From Eledone cirrhosa (lineage: Eukaryota): a DNA stretch of 64,000 bases. Below are positions 13,801 to 28,800 of the stretch, piece after piece. Below the pieces are notes generated by a model. It worked only from the letters and a program-made list of their open reading frames with translations. It had not been told where the DNA came from and did no database searches. Within the stretch, counting starts at the first letter, position 1. Each line of letters begins with the position of its first letter. Where the stretch lies: NCBI GenBank assembly GCA_964016885.1, contig OZ024748.1:37014001-37078000 (forward strand). The letters are read 5' to 3'. The translations under genes were made by a program, and so were the position numbers.

Positions 13801-16800
13801 ACTCTCTCATATTACACCAGGTCCCAACGCAGAGGAACCAAACTCCCACTGTCACTGCCTCTGTCTCTCCCACTCTCTCATATTAGACCAGGTCATAACA
13901 CAGAGGAACCAAACTCCCACTGTCACTGCCTCTGTCTCTCTTACTCTCTCATATTACACCAGGTCCCAACACAGAGGGACCAAACTCCCACTGTCACTGC
14001 CTCTCTCTCTCTTACTCTCTCATATTACACCAGGTCCCAACACAGAGGGACCAAACTCCCACTGTCACTGCCTCTCTGTCTCCCACTCTCTCATATTACA
14101 CCAGGTCCCAACACAGAGGAACCAAACTCCCACTGTCACTGCCTCTGTCTCTCCCACTCTCTCATATTACACCAGGTCCTAACACAGAGGAACCAAATCC
14201 CCACTGTCACTGCCTCTCTCTCTCCCACTCTCTCATATTACACCAGGTCCTAACACAGAGGAACCAAACTCCCACTGTCACTCCCTCCGTCTCTCCCACT
14301 CTCTCATACTAAACCAGGTCCAACACAGGGGAACCAAACTCCCACCGTCACTGCCTCTGTCGCTCCCACTCTCTCATATTACACCAGGTCCCAACACAGA
14401 GGAACCAAACTCCCACTGTCACTGCCTCCGTCTCTCCCACTCTCTCATACTAAACCAGGTCCAACACAGAGGAACCAAACTCCTACTGTCACTGCCTCTG
14501 TCTCTCCCACTCTCTCATATACACCAGGTCCAAACACAGAGGTACGAAACCCCAACTGTCACTGCCTCTGTCTCTCCCACTCTCTCATATTACACCAGGT
14601 CCTAATACAGAGGAACCAAACTCCCACTGTCACTGCCTCCGTCTCTCCCACTCTCTCATACTAAACCAGGTCCAACACAGAGGAACCAAACTCCTACTGT
14701 CACTGCCTCTGTCTCTCCCACTCTCTCATATACACCAGGTCCGAACACAGAGGTATGAAACCCCCACTGTCACTGCCTCTGTCTCTCCCACTCTCTCATA
14801 TTACACCAGGTACTAACAGAGAGGAACCAAACTCCCACTGTCACTGCCTCCGTCTCTCCCACTCTCTCATACTAAACCAGGTCCAACACAGAGGAACCAA
14901 ACTCCCACTGTCACTGCCTCTGTCTCTCCCACTCTCTCATATACACCAGGTCCGAACACAGAGGTACGAGACCCCCACTGTCACTGCCTCTGTCTCTCCC
15001 ACTCTCTCATATTACACCAGGTCGTAACACAGAGGAACCAAACTCCCACTGTCACTGCCTCTGTCTCTCCCACTCTCTCATAATACACCAGGTCCCAACA
15101 CAGAGGAACCAAACTCCCACTGTCACTGCCTCTGTCTCTCCCACTCTCTCATATTACACCAGGTCCCAACACAGAGGAACCAAACTCCCACTGTCACTGC
15201 CTCTGTCTCTTCCACTCTCTCATATTACACCAGGTCCCAACACAGAGGAACCAAACTCCCACTGTCACTATCCTCTGTCTCTCCCACTCTCTCATATTAC
15301 ACCATGTCCCAACACAGAGGGACCAAACTCGCACTGTCACTGCCTCTGTCTCTCCCACTCTCTCATATTACATCAGGTCCTAACACAGAGGAACCAAACT
15401 CCCACTGTCACTGCCTCTGTCTCTCCCACTCTCTCATATTACACCAGGTCCCAACACAGAGGAACCAAACTCCCACTGTCACTGCCTCTGTCTCTCCCAC
15501 TCTCTCATATTACACCAGGTCCCAACACAGAGGAACCAAACTCCCACTGTCACTGCCTCTGTCGCTCCCACTCTCTCATATTACACCAGGTCCCAACGCA
15601 GAGGAACCAAACTCCCACTGTCACTGCCTCTGTCTCTCCCACTCTCTCATATTAGACCAGGTCATAACACAGAGGAACCAAACTCCCACTGTCACTGCCT
15701 CTGTCTCTCTTACTCTCTCATATTACACCAGGTCCCAACACAGAGGGACCAAACTCCCACTGTCACTGCCTCTCTCTCTCTTACTCTCTCATATTACACC
15801 AGGTCCCAACACAGAGGGACCAAACTCCCACTGTCAATGCCTCTCTCTCTCCCACTCTCTCATATTACACCAGGTCCCAACACAGAGGAACCAAACTCCC
15901 ACTGTCACTGCCTCTGTCTCTCCCACTCTCTCATATTACACCAGGTCCTAACACAGATGAACCAAACCCCCACTGTCACTGCCTCTCTCTCTCCCACTCT
16001 CTCATATTACACCAGGTCCTAACACAGAGGAACCAAACCCCCACTATCACTGCCCCTCTCTCTCCCACTCTCTCATATTACACCAGGTCCTAACACAGAG
16101 GAACCAAACTCCCACTGTCACTCCCTCCGTCTCTCCCACTCTCTCATACTAAACCAGGTCCAACACAGGGGAACCAAACTCCCACTGTCACTGCCTCTGT
16201 CGCTCCCACTCTCTCATATTACACCAGGTCCCAACACAGAGGAACCAAACTCCCACTGTCACTGCCTCTGTCTCTCCCACTCTCTCATATTAGACCAGGT
16301 CATAACACAGAGGAACCAAACTCCCACTGTCACTGCCTCTGTCTCTCTTACTCTCTCATATTACACCAGGTCCCAACACAGAGGGACCAAACTCCCACTG
16401 TCACTGCCTCTCTCTCTCCCGCTCTCTCATATTACACCAGGTCCCAACACAGAGGAACCAAACTCCCACTGTCACTGCCTCCGTCTCTCCCACTCTCTTA
16501 TACTAAACCAGGTCCAACACAGAGGAACCAAACTCCCACTGTCACTGCCTCTGTCTCTCCCACTCTCTCATATTACCTCAGGTCCCAACACAGAGGAACC
16601 AAACTCCCACTGTCACTGCCTCTGTCTCTCCCACTCTCTCATATTACACCAGGTCCCAACACAGAGGAACCAAACTCCCACTGTCACTGCCTCTGTCTCT
16701 CCCACTCTCTCATATTACACCAGGTCCTAACACAGAGGAACCAAACCCCCACTGTCACTGCCTCTCTCTCTCCCACTCTCTCATATTACACCAGGTCCTA

Positions 16801-19800
16801 ACACAGAGGAACCAAACTCCCACTGTCACTGCCTCCGTCTCTCCCACTCTCTCATACTAAACCAGGTCCAACACAGAGGAACCAAACTCCCACTGTCACT
16901 GCCTCTGTCTCTCCCATTCTCTCATATACACCAGGTCCGAACACTGAGGTACGAGACCCCCACTATCACTGCCTCTGTCTCTCCCACTCTCTCATATTAC
17001 ACCAGGTCCTAACACAGAGGAACCAAACTCCCACTATCACTGCCTCTGTCTCTCCCACTCTCTCATATTACACCAGGTCCCAACACAGAGGAACCAAACT
17101 CCCACTGTCACTGCCTCTGTCTCTCCCACTCTCTCATATTACACCAGGTCCCAACACAGAGGAACCAAACTCCCACTGTCACTGTCTCTGTCTCTCCCAC
17201 TCTCTCATATTACACCAGGTCCTAACACAGAGGAAGCAAACTCCCACTGTCACTGCCTCTGTCTCTCCCACTCTCTCATATTACACCAGGTCCCAACACA
17301 GAGGAACCAAACTCCCACTGTCACTGCCTCTCTCTCTCCCACTCTCTCATATTAGACCAGGTCATAACACAGAGGAATGAAACTCCCACTGTCACTGCCT
17401 CTGTCTCTCCCACTCTCTCATATTACACCAGGTCCTAACACAGAGGAACCAAACCCCCACTGTCACTGCCCCTCTCTCTCCCACTCTCTCATATTACACC
17501 AGGTCCCAACACAGAGGAACCAAACTCCCACTGTCACTGCCTCTGTCTCTCCCACTCTCTCATATTACACCAGGTCCTAACACAGAGGAACCAAACCCCC
17601 ACTGTCACTGCCCCTCTCTCTCCCACTCTCTCATATTACACCAGGTCCCAACACATAGGAACCAAACTCCCACTGTCACTGCCTCTGTCTCTCCCACTCT
17701 CTCATATTAGACCAGGTCATAACACAGAGGAACCAAACTCCCACTGTCTCTGCCCCTGTCTCTCCCACTCTCTCATATTACACCAGGCCCCAACACAGAG
17801 GAACCAAACTCCCACTGTCACTGCCTCTGTCTCTCCCACTCTCTCATATTACACCAGGTCCTAACACAGAGGAACCAAACCCCCACTGTCACTGCCTCTC
17901 TCTCTCCCAGTCTCTAATATTACACCAGGTCCTAACACAGAGGAACCAAACCCCCACTGTCACTGCCTCTCTCTCTCCCACTCTCTCATATTACACCAGG
18001 TCCCAACACGGAGGAACCAAACTCCCAATCTCACTGCCTCTGTCTCTCCCACTCTCTCATATTACACCAGGTCCCAACACAGAGGAACCAAACTCCCACT
18101 GTCACTTCCTCTGACTCTCCCACTCTCTCATATTACACCAGGTCCCAACCCAGAGGAACCAAACTCCCGCTGTCACTGCCTCTGTCTCTCCCACTCTCTC
18201 ATATTACACCAGGTCCTAACACAGAGGAACCAAACCCCCACTGTCACTGCCTCTCTCTCTCCCACTCTCTCATATTACACCAGGTCCTAACACAGAGGAA
18301 CCAAACCCCCACTGTCACTGCCTCCGTCTCTCCCACACTCTCATACTAAACCAGGTCCAACACAGAGAAACCAAACTCCCGCTGTCACTGCCTCTGTCTC
18401 TCCCACTCTCTCATATTACACCAGGTCCTAACACAGAGGAACCAAACTCCCACTGTCACTGCCTCTGTCTCACCCACTCTCTCATATTACACCAGGTCCG
18501 AACACAGAGGAACCAAACTCCCACTGTCACTGCCTCTGTCTCTCCCACTCTCTCATATTACACCAGGTCCCAACACAGAGGAACCAAACTCCCACTGTCA
18601 CTGCCTCTGTCTCTCCCACTCTCTCATATTACACCAGGTCCCAACACAGAGGAACCAAACTCCCACTGTCACTGCCTCTGTCTCTCCCACTCTCTCATAT
18701 TACACCAGGTCCCAACACAGAGGAACCAAACTCCCACTGTCACTGTCTCCGTCTCTCCCACCTTCTCATACTAAACCAGGTCCCAACACAGAGGAACCAA
18801 ACTCCCACTGTCACTGCCTGTGTCTCTCCCACTCTCTCATATTACACCAGGTCCCAACACAGAGGAACCAAACTCTCACTGTCACTGTCTCCGTCTCTCC
18901 CACTTTCTCATACTAAACCAGGTCCCAACACAGAGGAACCAAACTCCCACTGTCACTGTCTCTGTCTCTCCCACTCTCTCATATTACACCAGGTCCTAAC
19001 ACAGAGGAACCAAACTCCCACTGTCACTGCCTCTGTCTCTCCCACTCTCTCACATTACACCAGGTCCTAACACAAATGAACCAAACTCCCACTGTCACTG
19101 CCTCTGTCTTTCCCGCTCTCTCATATTACACCAGGTCCTAACACAGAGGAACCAAACTCCCACTATCACTGCCTCTCTCTCTCCCACTCTCTCATATTAC
19201 ACCAGGTCCAACACAGAGGAACCAAACTACTACTGTCACTGCCTCTGTCTCTCCCACTCTCTCATATACACCAGGTCCGAACACTGAGGTACGAAACCCC
19301 CATTGTCACTGCCTCTGTCTCTCCCACTCTCTCATATAAACCAGGTCCGAACACAGAGGAACCAAACTCCCACTGTCACTGCCTCTGTCTCTCCCACTCT
19401 CTCATATTTCACCAGGTCCTAACACAGAGGAACCAAACTCCCACTGTCACTGCCTCTGTCTCTCCCGCTCTCTCATATTACACCAGGTCCTAACACAGAG
19501 GAACCAAACCCCCACTGTCACTGCCCCTCTCTCTCCCACTCTCTCATATTACACCAGGTCCCAACACATAGGAACCAAACTCCCACTGTCACTGCCTCTG
19601 TCTCTCCCACTCTCTCATATTACACCAGGTCCCAACACAGAGGAACCAAACTCCCACTGTCACTGCCTCTGTCTCTCCCACTCTCTCATATTACACCAGG
19701 TCCTAACACAGAGGAACCAAACCTCCACTGTCACTGCCTCTCTCTCTCCCAGTCTCTCATATTACACCAGGTCCTAACACAGAGGAACCAAACCCCCACT

Positions 19801-22800
19801 GTCACTGCCTCTCTCTCTCCCACTCTCTCATATTACACCAGGTCCTAACACAGAGGAACCAAACTCCCACTGTCACTGCCTCCGTCTCTCCCACTCTCTC
19901 ATACTAAACCAGGTCCAACACAGAGGAACCAAACTCCCACTGTCACTGCCTCTGTCTCTCCCACTCTGTCATATACACCAGGTCCGAATACAGAGGAACC
20001 AAACTCCCACTGTCACTGCCTCTGTCTCTCCCACTCTCTCATATTACACCAGGTCCCAACACGGAGGAACCAAACTCCCACTCTCACTGCCTCTGTCTCT
20101 CCCACTCTCTCATATTACACCAGGTCCCAACACAGAGGAACCAAACTCCCACTGTCACTTCCTCTGACTCTCCCACTCTCTCATATTACACCAGGTCCCA
20201 ACACAGAGGAACCAAACTCCCGCTGTCACTGCCTCTGTCTCTCCCACTCTCTCATATTACACCAGGTCCCAACACAGAGGAACCAAACCCCCACTGTCAC
20301 TGCCTCTCTCTCTCCCACTCTCTCATATTACACCAGGTCCTAACACAGAGGAACCAAACCCCCACTGTCACTGCCTCCGTCTCTCCCACACTCTTATACT
20401 AAACCAGGTCCAACACAGAGGAACCAAACTCCCACTGTCACTGCCTCTGTCTCACCCACTCTCTCATATTACACCAGGTCCGAACACAGAGGAACCAAAC
20501 TCCCACTGTCACAGCCTCTGTCTCTCCCACTCTCTCATATTACACCAGGTCCCAACACAGAGGAACCAAACTCCCACTGTCACTGCCTCTGTCTCTCCCA
20601 CTCTCTCATATTAAACCAGGTCCAACACAGAGGAACCAAACTCCCACTGTCACTGCCTGTGTCTCTCCCACTCTCTCATATTACACCAGGTCCCAACACA
20701 GAGGAACCAAACTCCCACTGTCACTGCCTCTGTCTCTGCCACTCTCTCATATTACACCAGGTCCTAACACAGAGGAACCAAACTCCCACTGTCACTGCCT
20801 CTGTCTCTCCCACTCTCTCATATTACACCAGGTCCTAACACAGAGGAACCAAACCCCCACTGTGACTGCCCCTCTCTCTCCCACTCTCTCATATTACACC
20901 AGGTCCCAACACAGAGGAACCAAACTCCCACTGTCACTGCCTCTGTCTCTCCCACTCTCTCATATTACACCAGGTCCTAACACAGAGGAACCAAGCTCCC
21001 ACTGTCACTGCCTCTGTCTCTCCCACTCTCTCATATTACACCAGGTCCTAACACAGAGGAACCAAACCCCCACTGTTACTGCCCCTCTCTCTCCCACTCT
21101 CTCATATTACACCAGGTCCCAACACAGAGGAACCAAACTCCCACTGTCACTGCCTCTGTCTCTCCCACTCTCTCATATTACACCAGGTCCCAACACAGAG
21201 GAACCAAACTCCCACTGTCACTGCCTCTGTCTCTCCCACTCTCTCATATTAGACCAGGTCATAACACGGAGGAACCAAACTCCCACTGTCTCTGCCCCTG
21301 TCTCTCCCACTCTCTCATATTACACCAGGTCCCAACACAGAGGAACCAAACTCCCACTGTCACTGCCTCTCTCTCTCCCACTCTCTCATATTACACCAGG
21401 TCCTAACACAGAGGAACCAAACCCCCACTGTCACTGCCTCTCTCTCTCCCAGTCTCTCATATTACACCAGGTCCTAACACAGAGGAACCAAACCCCCACT
21501 GTCACTGCCTCTGTCTCTCCCACTCTCTCATATTACACCAGGTCCTAACACAGAGGAACCAAACCCCCACTGTCACTGCCTCCGTCTCTCCCACACTCTC
21601 ATACTAAACCAGGTCCAACACAGAGAAACCAAACTCCCACTGTCACTGCCTCTGTCTCACCCACTCTCTCATATTACACCAGGTCCGAACACAGAGGAAC
21701 CAAACTCCAACTGTCACTGCCTCTGTCTCTCCCACTCTCTCATATTACACCAGGTCCCAACACAGAGGAACCAAACTCCCACTGTCACTGCCTCTGTCTC
21801 TCCCACTCTCTCATATTACACCAGGTCCCAACACAGAGGAACCAAACTCCCACTGTCACTGTCTCCGTCTCTCCCACTTTCTCATACTAAACCAGGTCCC
21901 AACACAGAGGAACCAAACTCCCACTGTCACTGCCTCTGTCTCTCCCACTCTCTCATATTACACCAGGTCCCAACACAGAGGAACCAAACTCCCACTGTCA
22001 CTGTCTCCGTCTCTCCCACTTTCTCATACTAAACCAGGTCCCAACACAGAGGAACCAAACTCCCACTGTCACTGTCTCTGTCTCTCCCACTCTCTCATAT
22101 TACACCAGGTCCTAACACAGAGGAACCAAACTCCCACTGTCACTGCCTCTGTCTCTCCCACTCTCTCACATTACACCAGGTCCTAACACAAATGAACCAA
22201 ACTCCCACTGTCACTGCCTCTGTCTTTCCCGCTCTCTCATATTACACCAGGTCCTAACACAGAGGAACCAAACCCCCACTATCACTGCCTCTCTCTCTCC
22301 AACTCTTTCATATTACACCAGGTCCAACACAGAGGAACCAAACTACTACTGTCACTGCCTCTGTCTCTCCCACTCTCTCATATACACCAGGTCCGAACAC
22401 TGAGGTACGAAACCCCCATTGTCACTGCCTCTGTCTCTCCCACTCTCTCATATAAACCAGGTCCGAACACAGAGGAACCAAACTCCCACTGTCACTGCCT
22501 CTGTCTCTCCCACTCTCTCATAATACACCAGGTCCTAACACAGAGGAACCAAACTCCCACTGTCACTGCCTCTGTCTCTCCCACTCTCTCATATTTCACC
22601 AGGTCCTAACACAGAGGAACCAAACTCCCACTGTCACTGCCTCTGTCTCTCCCGCTCTCTCATATTACACCAGGCCCTAACACAGAGGAACCAAACCCCC
22701 ACTGTCACTGCCCCTCTCTCTCCCACTCTCTCATATTACACCAGGTCCCAACACATAGGAACCAAACTCCCACTGTCACTGCCTCTGTCTCTCCCACTCT

Positions 22801-25800
22801 CTCATATTACACCAGGTCCCAACACAGAGGAACCAAACTCCCACTGTCACTGCCTCTGTCTCTCCCACTCTCTCATATTAGACCAGGTCATAACACAGAG
22901 GAACCAAACTCCCACTGTCTCTGCCCCTGTCTCTCCCACTCTCTCATATTACACCAGGTCCTAACACAGAGGAACCAAACCTCCACTGTCACTGCCTCTC
23001 TCTCTCCCAGTCTCTCATATTACACCAGGTCCTAACACAGAGGAACCAAACCCCCACTGTCACTGCCTCTCTCTCTCCCACTCTCTCATATTACACCAGG
23101 TCCTAACACAGAGGAACCAAACTCCCACTGTCACTGCCTCCGTCTCTCCCACTCTCTCATACTAAACCAGGTCCAACACAGAGGAACCAAACTCCCACTG
23201 TCACTGCCTCTGTCTCTCCAACTCTGTCATATACACCAGGTCCGAATACAGAGGAACCAAACTCCCACTGTCACTGCCTCTGTCTCTCCCACTCTCTCAT
23301 ATTACACCAGGTCCCAACACGGAGGAACCAAACTCCCACTCTCACTGCCTCTGTCTCTCCCACTCTCTCATATTACACCAGGTCCCAACACAGAGGAACC
23401 AAACTCCCACTGTCACTTCCTCTGACTCTCCCACTCTCTCATATTACACCAGGTCCCAACACAGAGGAACCAAACTCCCGCTGTCACTGCCTCTGTCTCT
23501 CCCACTCTCTCATATTACACCAGGTCCCAACACAGAGGAACCAAACCCCCACTGTCACTGCCTCTCTCTCTCCCACTCTCTCATATTACACCAGGTCCGA
23601 ACACAGAGGAACCAAACTCCCACTGTCACTGCCTCTGTCTCTCCCACTCTCTCATATTACACCAGGTCCCAACACAGAGGAACCAAACTCCCACTGTCAC
23701 TGCCTCTGTCTCTCCCACTCTCTCATATTACACCAGGTCCCAACACAGAGGAACCAAACTCCCACTGTCACTGCCTGTGTCTCTCCCACTCTCTCATATT
23801 ACACCAGGTCCCAACACATAGGAACCAAACTCCCACTGTCACTGCCTCTGTCTCTCCCACTCTCTCATATTACACCAGGTCCCAACACAGAGGAACCAAA
23901 CTCCCACTGTCACTGCCTCTGTCTCTCCCACTCTCTCATATTAGACTAGGTCCCAACACAGAGGAACCAAACTCCCACTGTCACTGCCTCTGTCTCTCCC
24001 ACTCTCTCATATTACACCAGGTCCTAACACAGAGGAACCAAGCTCCCACTGTCACTGCCTCTGTCTCTCCCACTCTCTCATATTACACCAGGTCCTAACA
24101 CAGAGGAACCAAACCCCCACTGTTACTGCCCCTCTCTCTCCCACTCTCTCATATTACACCAGGTCCCAACACAGAGGAACCAAACTCCCACTGTCACTGC
24201 CTCTGTCTCTCCCACTCTCTCATATTACACCAGGTCCCAACACAGAGGAACCAAACTCCCACTGTCACTGCCTCTGTCTCTCCCACTCTCTCATATTACA
24301 CCAGGTCCCAACACAGAGGAACCAAACTCCCACTGTCACTGCCTCTGTCTCTCCCACTCTCTCATATTACACCAGGTCCTAACACAGAGGAACCAAACCC
24401 CCACTGTCACTGCCTCTCTCTCTCCCAGTCTCTCATATTACACCAGGTCCTAACACAGAGGAACCAAACCCCCACTGTCACTGCCTCTGTCTCTCCCACT
24501 CTCTCATATTACACCAGGTCCTAACACAGAGGAACCAAACTCCCACTGTCACTGCCTCCGTCTCTCCCACTCTCTCATACTAAACCAGGTCCAACACAGA
24601 GGAACCAAACTCCCACTGTCACTGCCTCTGTCTCTCCCACTCTGTCATATACACCAGGTCCGAATACAGAGGAACCAAACTCCCACTGTCACTGCCTCTG
24701 TCTCTCCCACTCTCTCATATTACACCAGGTCCCAACACGGAGGAACCAAACTCCCACTGTCACTGCCTCTGTCTCTCCCACTCTCTCATATTACACCAGG
24801 TCCCAACACAGAGGAACCAAACTCCCGCTGTCACTGCCTCTGTCTCACCCACTCTCTCATATTACACCAGGTCCTAACACAGAGGAACCAAACCCCCACT
24901 GTCACTGCCTCTCTCTCTCCCACTCTCTCATATTACACCAGGTCCTAACACAGAGGAACCAAACCCCCACTGTCACTGCCTCCGTCTCTCCCACACTCTC
25001 ATACTAAACCAGGTCCAACACAGAGGAACCAAACTCCCACTGTCACTGCCTCTGTCTCACCCACTCTCTCATATTACACCAGGTCCGAACACAGAGGAAC
25101 CAAACTCCCACTGTCACTGCCTCTGTCTCTCCCGCTCTCTCATATTACACCAGGTCCCAACACAGAGGAACCAAACTCCCACTGTCACTGCCTCCGTCTC
25201 TCCCACTCTCTTATACTAAACCAGGTCCAACACAGAGGAACCAAACTCCCACTGTCACTGCCTCTGTCTCTCCCACTCTCTCATATTACCCCAGGTCCCA
25301 ACACAGAGGAACCAAACTCCCACTGTCACTGCCTCTGTCTCTCCCACTCTCTCATATTACACCAGGTCCCAACACAGAGGAACCAAACTCCCACTGTCAC
25401 TGCCTCTGTCTCTCCCACTCTCTCATATTACACCAGGTCCTAACACAGAGGAACCAAACCCCCACTGTCACTGCCTCTCTCTCTCCCACTCTCTCATATT
25501 ACACCAGGTCCTAACACAGAGGAACCAAACTCCCACTGTCACTGCCTCCGTCTCTCCCACTCTCTCATACTAAACCAGGTCCAACACAGAGGAACCAAAC
25601 TCCCACTGTCACTGCCTCTGTCTCTCCCATTCTCTCATATACACCAGGTCCGAACACTGAGGTACGAGACCCCCACTATCACTGCCTCTGTCTCTCCCAC
25701 TCTCTCATATTACACCAGGTCCTAACACAGAGGAACCAAACTCCCACTGTCACTGCCTCTGTCTCTCCCACTCTCTCATATTACACCAGGTCCCAACACA

Positions 25801-28800
25801 GAGGAACCAAACTCCCACTGTCACTGCCTCTGTCTCTCCCACTCTCTCATATTACACCAGGTCCCAACACAGAGGAACCAAACTCCCACTGTCACTGTCT
25901 CTGTCTCTCCAACTCTCTCATATTACACCAGGTCCTAACACAGAGGAAGCAAACTCCCACTGTCACTGCCTCTGTCTCTCCCACTCTCTCATATTACACC
26001 AGGTCCCAACACAGAGGAACCAAACTCCCACTGTCACTGCCTCTCTCTCTCCCACTCTCTCATATTAGACCAGGTCATAACACAGAGGAATGAAACTCCC
26101 ACTGTCACTGCCTCTGTCTCTCCCACTCTCTCATATTACACCAGGTCCTAACACAGAGGAACCAAACCCCCACTGTCACTGCCTCTGTCTCTCCCACTCT
26201 CTCATATTACACCAGGTCCTAACACAGAGGAACCAAACCCCCACTGTCACTGCCCCTCTCTCTCCCACTCTCTCATATTACACCAGGTCCCAACACATAG
26301 GAACCAAACTCCCACTGTCACTGCCTCTGTCTCTCCCACTCTCTCATATTAGACCAGGTCATAACACAGAGGAACCAAACTCCCACTGTCTCTGCCCCTG
26401 TCTCTCCCACTCTCTCATATTACACCAGGCCCCAACACAGAGGAACCAAACTCCCACTGTCACTGCCTCTGTCTCTCCCACTCTCTGATATTACACCAGG
26501 TCCTAACACAGAGGAACCAAACCCCCACTGTCACTGCCTCTCTCTCTCCCAGTCTCTCATATTACACCAGGTCCTAACACAGAGGAACCAAACCCCCACT
26601 GTCACTGCCTCTCTCTCTCCCACTCTCTCATATTACACCAGGTCCTAACACAGAGGAACCAAACTCCCACTGTCACTGCCTCCGTCTCTCCCACTCTCTC
26701 ATACTAAACCAGGTCCAACACAGAGGAACCAAACTCCCACTGTCACTGCCTCTGTCTCTCCCACTCTGTCATATACACCAGGTCCGAATACAGAGGAACC
26801 AAACTCCCACTGTCACTGCCTCTGTCTCTCCCACTCTCTCATATTACACCAGGTCCCAACACGGAGGAACCAAACTCCCACTCTCACTGCCTCTGTCTCT
26901 CCCACTCTCTCATATTACACCAGGTCCCAACACAGAGGAACCAAACTCCCACTGTCACTTCCTCTGACTCTCCCACTCTCTCATATTACACCAGGTCCTA
27001 ACACAGAGGAACCAAACCCCCACTGTCACTGCCTCTCTCTCTCCCACTCTCTCATATTACACCAGGTCCTAACACAGAGGAACCAAACCCCCACTGTCAC
27101 TGCCTCCGTCTCTCCCACTCTCTCATACTAAACCAGGTCCAACACAGAGAAACCAAACTCCCACTGTCACTGCCTCTGTCTCACCCACTCTCTCATATTA
27201 CACCAGGTCCGAACACAGAGGAACCAAACTCCCACTGTCACTGCCTCTGTCTCTCCCACTCTCTCATATTACACCAGGTCCCAACACAGAGGAACCAAAC
27301 TCCCACTGTCACTGCCTCTGTCTCTCCCACTCTCTCATATTAGACCAGGTCATAACACGGAGGAACCAAACTCCCACTGTCTCTGCCCCTGTCTCTCCCA
27401 CTCTCTCATATTACACCAGGTCCGAACACTGAGGTACGAAACCCCCATTGTCACTGCCTCTGTCTCTCCCACTCTCTCATATAAACCAGGTCCGAACACA
27501 GAGGAACCAAACTCCCACTGTCACTGCCTCTGTCTCTCCCACTCTCTCATAATACACCAGGTCCTAACACAGAGGAACCAAACTCCCACTGTCACTGCCT
27601 CTGTCTCTCCCACTCTCTCATATTTCACCAGGTCCTAACACAGAGGAACCAAACTCCCACTGTCACTGCCTCTGTCTCTCCCGCTCTCTCATATTACACC
27701 AGGTCCTAACACAGAGGAACCAAACCCCCACTGTCACTGCCCCTCTCTCTCCCACTCTCTCATATTACACCAGGTCCCAACACATAGGAACCAAACTCCC
27801 ACTGTCACTGCCTCTGTCTCTCCCACTCTCTCATATTACACCAGGTCCCAACACAGAGGAACCAAACTCCCACTGTCACTGCCTCTGTCTCTCCCACTCT
27901 CTCGTATTAGACCAGGTCATAACACAGAGGAACCAAACTCCCACTGTCTCTGCCCCTGTCTCTCCCACTCTCTCATATTACACAAGATCCCAACACAGAG
28001 GAACCAAACTCCCACTGTCACTGCCTCTGTCTCTCCCACTCTCTCATATTACACCAGGTCCTAACACAGAGGAACCAAACCTCCACTGTCACTGCCTCTC
28101 TCTCTCCCAGTCTCTCATATTACACCAGGTCGTAACACAGAGGAACCAAACCCCCACTGTCACTGCCTCTCTCTCTCCCACTCTCTCATATTACACCAGG
28201 TCCTAACACAGAGGAACCAAACTCCCACTGTTAGTGCCTCCGTCTCTCCCACTCTCTCATACTAAACCAGGTCCAACACAGAGGAACCAAACTCCCACTG
28301 TCACTGCCTCTGTCTCTCCCACTCTGTCATATACACCAGGTCCGAATACAGAGGAACCAAACTCCCACTGTCACTGCCTCTGTCTCTCCCACTCTCTCAT
28401 ATTACACCAGGTCCCAACACGGAGGAACCAAACTCCCACTCTCACTGCCTCTGTCTCTCCCACTCTCTCATATTACACCAGGTCCCAACACAGAGGAACC
28501 AAACTCCCACTGTCACTTCCTCTGACTCTCCCACTCTCTCATATTACACCAGGTCCCAACACAGAGGAACCAAACTCCCGCTGTCACTGCCTCTGTCTCT
28601 CCCACTCTCTCATATTACACCAGGTCCCAACACATAGGAACCAAACCCCCACTGTCACTGCCTCTCTCTCTCCCACTCTCTCATATTACACCAGGTCCTA
28701 ACACAGAGGAACCAAACCCCCACTGTCACTGCCTCCGTCTCTCCCACACTCTTATACTAAACCAGGTCCAACACAGAGGAACCAAACTCCCACTGTCACT

